A DNA stretch of 64,000 nucleotides, from the NCBI GenBank assembly GCA_027371725.1, contig DAHXMN010000001.1, positions 400 to 64,399 on the forward strand. Direction: 5' to 3'. The notes under the pieces are model-generated. The model did not search any database. It was given only the letters and a program-made list of their open reading frames with translations, and was not told the origin of the DNA. Positions 56,450-64,000 of the stretch are shown one piece after another (the stretch's first letter is position 1; every line of letters starts with the position of its first letter). This stretch comes from Candidatus Woesearchaeota archaeon. Its GTDB lineage: Archaea > Nanobdellota > Nanobdellia > Woesearchaeales > UBA525. Both the position numbers and the translations under genes were made by a program.

Positions 56450-58132
56450 TCATTCGTTCTTCCCGCTCTTTTTCCCGCTCTTTCTTCTCTTCCTTCCCGG
56501 TCCTCTGCCGTTCTTCCGGTCGCCCCGTCGGATCAGCCGGTCGCCGCGGGCGATCTCCCGGTGCAGCTCGGTCACGACTGCCTCGACCGGGTAGAAGCCG
56601 TGCCGCAGCAGGCCGGACGATGCCTCGAGCAGACGGTCGACGCGGTAGAAACCCGGCTTCGGCAGCGGCCGCCGCAACGCCTGCTCGACGGGGTAGAACC
56701 CCTGCTTGAGGAGCATCCCGGTCACGGTGAACGGCAGCGCCAGCCCCCTGACGAGCGGCTTCAGCGGCCGCGGCGCCTGGATTTCGAGGCGGTGGATCGC
56801 GCCCATCGTCGGCCCGACCGAGATGACATGGAAGAGCAACCGTTCGTACGAGATGCGCCGCACCTGCCGTATCTCCTTGAGCCGGGGCAGGTAGACGACC
56901 ATCACCGCCGCCCGCAGCAGGCCGCTCACGAGGAAGACGAGCAGGTAGGAGGACCAGAAGACGTGGTTGTAGCTGACGAGGAGGCCGCCGAGCACCGCAC
57001 CCAGGAAGATGAAGGTGCCGTTCAGCACGTTATAGTATGCGAGGAGCGACGTCCTCCTCCTGGGCTCGGCAGTGTCGAGGAGGAAGGTGAAGGAGGTCAG
57101 TTCCAGCCCCGCCCAGACGAAGCCCGAGTACGCTTGGATGAGGAGCAGGTACCAGATCTGCGTGGAGAAGAGCCAGAGGACCGGGACGAGCGGCATCATC
57201 GCCGCTGAGAGGACGAGCACTTTCCGCGCCCCGTACTTGTCGGCGGCCTTCCCCCAGACGGGCATCAATGCGTACTTGACGCCGAGCGCCGCCGCCGTGA
57301 CGATGGTGAACGTGAAGTAGCTCATCCGGAGGTCGTCCAGCATGTACGCCGCGAAGAACGGCGAAGCGAGATAGACTGCGAAATTCATCGCTGAGAGGAA
57401 GAGGACGAGGAGCCCGTAGTTCGTGCGTCGCGCCCCTTTCAGGAAGGAGATGAAGCCGTCGCGCTCCTCCTGCTCCGGCGGCCGGCATGGCTCGTGTTGA
57501 CGGATGAGGAAGGAGATGGAAACCACGCGCGCGAGGAGCGCGATCCCGAAGAGGAGCAGGAAGCCCGAATAGGCTGCCTGGTTGTCCTGGAAGATCTGGA
57601 GGATGAGGCCGCCGCCGAGGAAGGCGAGGAAGGTGATGGTGCCGACCACCTTGTTCCGCTTGCCGAAATAGATGCCGCGCTCATTCTCCTCGACGAGGTC
57701 GCCCATCCAGCTCCCCCACGCCGGGCTGACGAGAAGCCCGAAGATGAAGTAGGCGCTCACGGTGGCAATCAGCGCGACGACGCTGAACCTGCCGGCGAGG
57801 AAGACGAGGCCGATCGGGATGAGCATCAGGCCCTGCAGGGACGCGCCGGTCACCACCAACCGCTTCCGCGTCCCGAAGAGCTTCACCAAGCGGTTGCTGA
57901 AGAGCTGCGCGAGAGAGCCGAGGAACTGGGGCAGCGAGCCGAGCAGGCCGAGCTGGACGTCCGTCGCCTTGAGGAGGATGGCGAAGACGGAGTAGAACGA
58001 TTCGGCCAAGCCGACCATCACCGCGTAGAACGATCCGTCGAAGACCGAGAGCGTCCGCCCCTGCTTGCGGTTCTGCCGCTCCTGTTTGAGCGTCCGTTTC
58101 GGTTCGACGTCCTCCTTCCGTGGTCTTGTCAT
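56450..58132 (-). CDS. MFS transporter with a repetitive basic C-terminal tail
   Basis: 12 TM helices, WMGDLV...RG and WGKAADKYG; three GFY.V[ED] repeats. Confidence 0.85.
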   Translation of the reverse strand: MTRPRKEDVEPKRTLKQERQNRKQGRTLSVFDGSFYAVMVGLAESFYSVFAILLKATDVQLGLLGSLPQFLGSLAQLFSNRLVKLFGTRKRLVVTGASLQGLMLIPIGLVFLAGRFSVVALIATVSAYFIFGLLVSPAWGSWMGDLVEENERGIYFGKRNKVVGTITFLAFLGGGLILQIFQDNQAAYSGFLLLFGIALLARVVSISFLIRQHEPCRPPEQEERDGFISFLKGARRTNYGLLVLFLSAMNFAVYLASPFFAAYMLDDLRMSYFTFTIVTAAALGVKYALMPVWGKAADKYGARKVLVLSAAMMPLVPVLWLFSTQIWYLLLIQAYSGFVWAGLELTSFTFLLDTAEPRRRTSLLAYYNVLNGTFIFLGAVLGGLLVSYNHVFWSSYLLVFLVSGLLRAAVMVVYLPRLKEIRQVRRISYERLLFHVISVGPTMGAIHRLEIQAPRPLKPLVRGLALPFTVTGMLLKQGFYPVEQALRRPLPKPGFYRVDRLLEASSGLLRHGFYPVEAVVTELHREIARGDRLIRRGDRKNGRGPGRKRRKSGKKSGKNE

Positions 58133-58352
58133 GGCTATGGGACGTTGCGAGAGAGCAAGTTAAAATGGTTTCGGAGAGTCCTTAAGCCGTCCTACGCACG
58201 GAAAGGGTGTAACCACCATCGAATCCGTGTTGGCCCGGAATGCCGCCATCAGACGTTCCCGAGCGGTGAATCGCTTTGCCCTGCAGGGGAGAATTCGCGG
58301 CGATACTTACTTCTTACTCGGAATGCCACTTATCCGATGCTGAAGGGAATCC

Positions 58353-58775
58353 TCACTTGATCCGTTCCAGGAGTATCGTCGGGCATGTTCGCGTCACACC
58401 GGGCGTCTGTTCGACGCGTTTGACGAACGCCACGAGTTCGTCGCTGCTCGCGAACCGGCAGGAGAGGACAAGCATGTGGTCGCCGGTCGCACTCCATGCG
58501 TCCCGCACCTCGGGCCAGTCCTTCGCGAGGTGGCGGATCCGGATGTACGCCTCGGGCGCGGCGTCCACACCGACGTGCGCCAAGACGTAGCCGCCGGCCT
58601 TCTTCGGGTCCAGCTCGATCGAGTACTTGGCGATGATGCCCTCTCCCTCGAGCTGCTTCACACGTTTCCTGACCGCGGCCTCGCTCGTCCCGAGCCGTTT
58701 CGCCATCTCGACAAAACTGGCACGTCCATCCTTCTCGAGGAGCTGCAGCAGCTCATTAGAGGAAATTCGAACCAT
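58353..58775 (-). CDS. Lrp/AsnC regulator (LrpA-like)
   Basis: GRASFVEMAKRLGTSEAAVRKRV and TGDHM. Confidence 0.92.
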   Translation of the reverse strand: MVRISSNELLQLLEKDGRASFVEMAKRLGTSEAAVRKRVKQLEGEGIIAKYSIELDPKKAGGYVLAHVGVDAAPEAYIRIRHLAKDWPEVRDAWSATGDHMLVLSCRFASSDELVAFVKRVEQTPGVTRTCPTILLERIK

Positions 58776-58874
58776 AAACTTTATATATTCGTATTGATTT
58801 ATATATTTATCGGAAGGGGTGGTTCTTAAAGTGATAAGAATCGCAACGAAGACCCCTTGCACAGAGGTGCGACC

Positions 58875-59438
58875 ATGATCGCCATAGGCGAACAGATGCC
58901 GGAACTCGGGCTCGAGATCTTCCAGAACGACAAGACCAAAAAAACGACGCTGCAGGACTACAAGGGCAAATGGCTCGTCCTCCTCTTCTACCCTGCAGAC
59001 TTCACGTTCGTCTGCCCGACCGAGCTGGAGGAGGCAGCGGAGCATTACGCCGAGTTCCAGAAGGAAGGTGCGGAGATCGTCAGCGTCAGCACAGACACCG
59101 TCTTCGTCCACAAGGCGTGGCACGACCACTCGAAAGCGATCAAGAAGATCGCCTACCCCATGGCCGCCGACCCGACAGGGAGACTCTGCCGCGCGTTCGG
59201 CACGTACCTAGAGAACGAGGGCGTCTCGCTCAGGGGAACGTTCATCATCGACCCTGACGGCAAGCTGATCGCGATGGACATCCACGACAACTCGATCGGC
59301 CGGAACACCGAAGAGATCCTCCGCAAGCTGCAGGCCGCGAAGTTCGTCCGCGAGAACAAGGGGCTGGTCTGTCCCGCATCGTGGAAGCCGGGCGGCAAGA
59401 CGCTCAAGCCAGGCATGGATCTCGTCGGCAAGATATGA
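58875..59438 (+). CDS. ahpC: 2-Cys peroxiredoxin AhpC
   Basis: FYPADFTFVCPTE, GRN and VCPASW. Confidence 0.96.
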   Translation: MIAIGEQMPELGLEIFQNDKTKKTTLQDYKGKWLVLLFYPADFTFVCPTELEEAAEHYAEFQKEGAEIVSVSTDTVFVHKAWHDHSKAIKKIAYPMAADPTGRLCRAFGTYLENEGVSLRGTFIIDPDGKLIAMDIHDNSIGRNTEEILRKLQAAKFVRENKGLVCPASWKPGGKTLKPGMDLVGKI

Positions 59439-59607
59439 GTATCCCAATAAGGGATTACCGTCCGCGTTTCCGTCGCGACAAAAAGGATCGTTGTTTTCCC
59501 CTCCGCCGCAACCGCGTCTTCACGGAGAGCGCAGAGCATCGTTCCTCCGCCAAGGCGACGGGGACGCCGAAGACGCAGAACACATCGACACAACCGAGGT
59601 GAACACC

Positions 59608-60222
59608 ATGGGATACCCGCATACGATACCTGACCTGCCGTACGCGTACGACGCGCTCGAACCCTACATCGACGCGGCGACGATGCACGAGCACCACGAC
59701 AAGCACCACCAGGCCTACGCGAACAACCTGAACAAGGCTCTGGAATCGCTGCCGGAACTGCAGAAGCTCTCTGTCGAGCAGCTCCTCAGAACACTCGACG
59801 AGGTGCCTGAAGCGAGCCGCACCGCCGTCAGGAACCACGGCGGCGGCGTCTGGAACCACAGCTTCTTCTGGCCCGTGATGGGGAAGTCCGGCACGAAGCC
59901 CGAAGGCGCGCTCAAGACCGCGCTCGAGCAGGCGTTCGGCTCCTATGATGCGTTCAAGGAGGCGTTCACGAAGGCGGCGATGGGCCGGTTCGGCAGCGGC
60001 TGGGCGTGGCTCGTCCTCGACAAGGGGAAGCTCGCGATCATGAGCACCGCGAACCAGGACAGCCCGATCAACGAAGGCAAGGCCCCGCTGCTCTGCATCG
60101 ACGTCTGGGAGCACGCGTACTACCTCAAGTACCAGAGCAAACGGGCGGCGTACGTCGAGGCGTTCTTCAACGTCATCAACTGGAAGAAGGTCGCGGAGCA
60201 CTACGCCGCCGCGAAGAAGTGA
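59608..60222 (+). CDS. sod: Fe/Mn superoxide dismutase
   Basis: HHDKHH, NHGGG..NH and DVWEHAYY. Confidence 0.97.
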   Translation: MGYPHTIPDLPYAYDALEPYIDAATMHEHHDKHHQAYANNLNKALESLPELQKLSVEQLLRTLDEVPEASRTAVRNHGGGVWNHSFFWPVMGKSGTKPEGALKTALEQAFGSYDAFKEAFTKAAMGRFGSGWAWLVLDKGKLAIMSTANQDSPINEGKAPLLCIDVWEHAYYLKYQSKRAAYVEAFFNVINWKKVAEHYAAAKK

Positions 60223-60526
60223 ATATCCTACGACAGACTCCTTCGCATCACCGCCATAAAACCCTTTCCCATCAGCATTTTTCACTTTTTTCCACGACTG
60301 GCATCGCCGCTACCTTGGCACGATTGACGGGCGCGAACATGGCCGAGTGTTTCGAGACGCGTGTTCGAAGAACACGAGGACCGGGAACGACGCGAAGCGG
60401 CGTGACTGAGGCCATAATCGTGAGCGTCCGACGATCGCCCCGAGCTGAGCGAGGACAACTAGGCCGTAGCGGTGATGCACCAACGCATTTTAACATTTTC
60501 ATACAACTCAGCCCATGAGGTGAACC

Positions 60527-60997
60527 ATGATCGAGGTCGGGAAGAAGGCGCCGGCGTTCGCGCTGCCGGACCAGGATGGGAAGACGATCACGCTCGACAG
60601 CCTGAAAGGGAAATGGGCGGCGCTCTACTTCTACCCGAAGGACGACACGCCGGGCTGTACGATCGAAGGAATCGAGTTCAGCGCGCGCCAGACGGAATTC
60701 AAGGAGATCGGGGCGGTCGTCTACGGCATCTCGGGCGACGACGCGAAGAGCCACTGCGCCTTCCGGGCGAAGCACAAGCTAGGGATTCCGCTCCTCACCG
60801 ACAAGGACAAGAAGATGATGAAACAATACGGCGCGTTCAAGGAGAATCTGCTCTACGGACGCTCCTTCCTCGGCATCGTCCGCTCCACCGTCCTGCTCGA
60901 CCCGCAGGGCAAGATCGTCCACCGCTGGCCGAAGGTCAACGCGCAGGGCCACGCCGAGCAGGTCCTCAAGAAGCTCGGGGAACTGCAAAACAAATAA
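60527..60997 (+). CDS. bcp: Peroxiredoxin BCP/PrxQ
   Basis: YFYPKDDTPGCT and RST motifs. Confidence 0.93.
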   Translation: MIEVGKKAPAFALPDQDGKTITLDSLKGKWAALYFYPKDDTPGCTIEGIEFSARQTEFKEIGAVVYGISGDDAKSHCAFRAKHKLGIPLLTDKDKKMMKQYGAFKENLLYGRSFLGIVRSTVLLDPQGKIVHRWPKVNAQGHAEQVLKKLGELQNK

Positions 60998-61115
60998 TAA
61001 TCAAAAACATTAAAACGAGTAATGAGTAATGATTGACAAAAAATAACGCAATGATTGACAAATACGAATAACGAATAATAACTACTACAAATAATAACGG
61101 AAGGAAGGTGAACCC

Positions 61116-61301
61116 ATGAAGAAGAACGTCGGAACGACAGACAAGGTCGTCAGGGTCGTGCTCGGCCTCGCCATCATCGCGCTCGGCATCTACTACGGCA
61201 GCTGGTGGGGCCTCCTCGGCCTCATCCTGCTCGCCACGGCGGCATTCAGCTGGTGCGGGCTCTACGCGCTCTTCGGCATCAGCACGACGAAGGCGAAATG
61301 A
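61116..61301 (+). CDS. DUF2892 (YgaP-like) membrane protein
   Basis: NVGTTDK.VR and WCGLY..FGIST. Confidence 0.9.
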   Translation: MKKNVGTTDKVVRVVLGLAIIALGIYYGSWWGLLGLILLATAAFSWCGLYALFGISTTKAK

Positions 61302-61322
61302 GCCGCCTCTCCGGGAAGGCCC

Positions 61323-61853
61323 TCAACGGCGCCGGAGCCGCGTCCCCGTCTTGAGATAAGACGGCATGATGCCCGGTTCATGAGGTTCGAGACGCGCTTT
61401 CAGATAATCCATGACCCTCTCCGGAGAGACGTGGACAAGGAAGCCGAGAGGGCGCATCTTATCTTCCCTTGCGGGATCGAACAAGGTGAGGTCGGTCGCC
61501 AGGGCGCGGACCGTATAGGGATCGATCATGATCGGTGCCTCACGGGGCATCCAGTCTCCGCCGTTGCCGACGCAGTAGACTGCGTTCGGCGCCTCGATAC
61601 GCAGATGGTCGGACAGCACTCCATCCTCCCTCAGCCGGGGCACCAGCACCATCGTCTCGGGCCTGAGAGCGGCAAGCCAGAGCGTCTGGATGGGCCGCTG
61701 ATGGGTGTAGCCGCCTCTCCAATCGCTCACTTTCTGCTCGACCAGAAGGACGTTCATCTTCATAGCCTTCGCGGTCTCGAGGTCCTTGCCGAGCTGTCTG
61801 AGGCGCCGATCGAGGCTTTCCAATTGATAGTTGCTGCTCAGCGTTCCTGCCAT
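61323..61853 (-). CDS. Hypothetical protein
   Basis: Open frame with plausible codon usage, downstream of an AT-rich promoter region. Confidence 0.55.
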   Translation of the reverse strand: MAGTLSSNYQLESLDRRLRQLGKDLETAKAMKMNVLLVEQKVSDWRGGYTHQRPIQTLWLAALRPETMVLVPRLREDGVLSDHLRIEAPNAVYCVGNGGDWMPREAPIMIDPYTVRALATDLTLFDPAREDKMRPLGFLVHVSPERVMDYLKARLEPHEPGIMPSYLKTGTRLRRR

Positions 61854-62015
61854 TGTGCCTCGCGAAGAGACAACGCACATATAATGATTTCTATAAATGA
61901 GTAGTAAAAGACAAGCATTCCTGGTATGGACCTGACCGGAGAATGGCGCATAGTAGAAACAGAGTCTTTATAAAACTCCCCCTGTTGCCACCGGCATCAG
62001 CAGTCAGGTGATAGT

Positions 62016-62303
62016 ATGGGTACGATCAAGGGGGCGCAGGCCAACCAGAACCTCACGCTCGACGCAGTCCAAGTGACGAAGAAGGGCGACATCCGTGAAT
62101 TCAGCCGATACGGCAAGCTCGGCCGCGTCTGTACCTGCAAGGTCAAGGATGCGAGCGGCGAGATGGACCTCACCCTCTGGAACGATGAGGTGGACGCGGT
62201 CGAGGAAGGCCAGAAGATTAAGCTGACCGACGGCTGGTGCAAGGAATGGAACGGCAACCTCCAGGCCAGCACGGGCAAGAACGGCAAGATCGAGAAGCTG
62301 TAA
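62016..62303 (+). CDS. ssb: Single-OB-fold ssDNA-binding protein
   Basis: GRV....KDASGEMDLTLWND and EWNG.LQ.STG..G. Confidence 0.88.
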   Translation: MGTIKGAQANQNLTLDAVQVTKKGDIREFSRYGKLGRVCTCKVKDASGEMDLTLWNDEVDAVEEGQKIKLTDGWCKEWNGNLQASTGKNGKIEKL

Positions 62304-62849
62304 ACGCGTTTCGCCATTCTTCAATCATCTCCTCGTATCCCGAGGATAGGAACAAATAGGGGGACGCAACACCCCGATTTGATGAAGAAGCCGGACATCG
62401 CGGCCTCGTGCCGGACGACCGAGACGTGGAGAGCGCCCTGAAGGCGGATGTAAGCGACGACGGGGAATGCCACTTCCAACGGGGGTGGAAGACCTTGTCT
62501 GGCCGGCGTTGGAAGAGGGTCGAGCCCAGTGACGCCGAGCTCGGCGAGATCCTTCTCGTCCGCAGTGGCGGACCGGAGAAGACCGCGTTCTTCCACAGCT
62601 ACGACGGCCAGGAGCGCAAGACAACCGCGCCCGGATATGGATGAACCGGAGCAACGGCCACTGCACGTTCAAGGTGAAGGAATGCGTCAAGAGCCTCTCT
62701 GTCAGCGAGCAGCACGTCCTCCAGACGTCGCAGCAGCACGTCATCGCCCGATGAGCCTCACGCTCTGACTCAAGCCGATTCTTGAATCATCCAACAGATA
62801 TATAAAGAATCCTTCCTCTTCCTCAATCAAAAAAACGTGGGGTGAAACC

Positions 62850-63275
62850 GTGTACCTCCAGAGACTGAAGCAGTATTCTGCGTGGAGCCCGCTCGCAATC
62901 AGGGTCCTCGCAGGCATCATTTTCATCATGACTGGCTACATGAAGCTGAGCAACATCGCCGGTACGACGGCGCAGTTCATCAAGTGGGGCATCCCGCTCG
63001 CGGGCGTCGCGGTCTGGATCGTCGGAATCGTGGAACTGCTCGGCGGCATCGCGCTCATCATCGGCATAGGGACGCGCTGCGCCGCGCTCCTTCTCGGGAT
63101 CGTGATGCTCGTCGCCTCGATCGTGATGATCAGCCTCAACGGCCTGCCCGGCGCGATGACGCCGCTCTTCGGCTTCGCCGCCATGTTCAGCGTTCTCTTC
63201 ACGGGCGCAGGCGCGCTCTCGGTGGAGAAGCGCTTCTGCAAGAACAAGGACGCTGCCACGAAGGCGACGAAGTAA
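62850..63275 (+). CDS. DoxX family membrane protein
   Basis: IRVLAG.IF...G..K, ELLGG and GAGALSVE. Confidence 0.9.
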   Translation: MYLQRLKQYSAWSPLAIRVLAGIIFIMTGYMKLSNIAGTTAQFIKWGIPLAGVAVWIVGIVELLGGIALIIGIGTRCAALLLGIVMLVASIVMISLNGLPGAMTPLFGFAAMFSVLFTGAGALSVEKRFCKNKDAATKATK

Positions 63276-63426
63276 GACGAGCGTCAGGAAACCTTTTTTT
63301 CCGGTTTCTTCTTGTTCATTATTCATGACTATCTCGGGTTTCAGCCGGAGGGATGTCGTCGCAGAGCGGCGATGCTGGCAAGGCCGACGATCACCCTCAT
63401 AAGGCTGCAGGCGTTCTGTCGCAAGA

Positions 63427-64000
63427 TCATGATGGTTTCTTGCCGCGCCGGCCGAAACCGCTCCCTTCAGGGCGGGAGGGTTCATTCCCTGATTCTTCCT
63501 CTTCCTTCCGGCCCGGGACAGGCGCCGCTTCCGGCGCCGCCGCGCTCCTCCGGGTGAAGAGCCGCGCAGTCCATGTCGCCGCCGATCGCGCCTGCTGCTT
63601 CGCGTCGAGGAACTTGAAGAGATAGACCGTGCGCCAGAGCCACCACGCGAAGAACCCGTTGAGGAAGAGCGTACCGAGCGGGGTGGAGAGTTCGCCGACC
63701 GCGTTCCGCTGGCCGAGCGAGACGAGCGTCCCGCGGGAGCGGTACACGAACGTCCGGGTCTTCTTGCCGTCCATCGACGCGAGGATGTTCTCCGCGACGA
63801 CGGCCGCCTGCTGCACTGCGGCCTGCGCCAGGGCGGGCGTTCGGGGCAGCTTGAGCGCGGGGTCGTACATCGCGGCGTCGCCGAGCGCGAACGCGCCGGG
63901 CAGGCCGTTGACGGCGAGGTCCTGGCCGGTGACGTAACACCGCTGCCCGGCAGAATCTGGCGACAAGGGCACTTTGGCCGGCGTGATGCCTGCCACCCAG
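63427..64000 (-). CDS. Type II NADH dehydrogenase-like FAD oxidoreductase (5' end outside the window)
   Basis: FALGDAA, AQAAVQQA, RGTLVSLG and GFFAWWLWRTVYL. Confidence 0.9.
   Translation of the reverse strand, partial: WVAGITPAKVPLSPDSAGQRCYVTGQDLAVNGLPGAFALGDAAMYDPALKLPRTPALAQAAVQQAAVVAENILASMDGKKTRTFVYRSRGTLVSLGQRNAVGELSTPLGTLFLNGFFAWWLWRTVYLFKFLDAKQQARSAATWTARLFTRRSAAAPEAAPVPGRKEEEESGNEPSRPEGSGFGRRGKKPS

Noticed and set aside
62325..62770. Short ORFs between ssb and doxX
   Set aside because: Several competing frames, none with a recognisable family; possibly a decayed gene.

Overview
Archaeal, GC-rich chromosomal DNA. Evidence: a tRNA with a bulge-helix-bulge (BHB) intron, Rpo11/RpoL, deoxyhypusine synthase, TATA/BRE promoters and a single-OB SSB. 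The gene mix suggests DPANN, e.g. Woesearchaeota, but that assignment is inference. The main feature is a ~21.9 kb integrative, probably conjugative element inserted in the 3' end of tRNA-Gln(CTG), bounded by a 17-bp direct repeat at 8715-8731 and 30614-30630. It encodes a tyrosine integrase, two RHH proteins and its own TFB. It also carries a minimal T4SS (pilin, VirB6-like protein, PrgI-VirB4 fused to a PD-(D/E)XK-like domain) with no recognisable relaxase or VirD4. Its cargo is a CxC/DndD-like ATPase + PLD-helicase + C5-methyltransferase defence cluster and a RadA-like/arCOG07300/PolB2/SRAP damage-tolerance cassette. A ~5.4 kb integrase-less relative follows in tandem (30614-36058); it keeps the same arms and small backbone genes but carries different cargo. 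A recurring motif, CTCGGAGAAYGTAT-like (7 copies), sits at conserved distances upstream of backbone transcription units and at cargo borders of both elements, suggesting an element-specific regulon. The flanks hold housekeeping, transport and oxidative-stress genes, two small low-GC islets encoding putative RNase toxins, and several long hairpin-forming intergenic segments. All calls were made by eye from motifs; no database searches were run.
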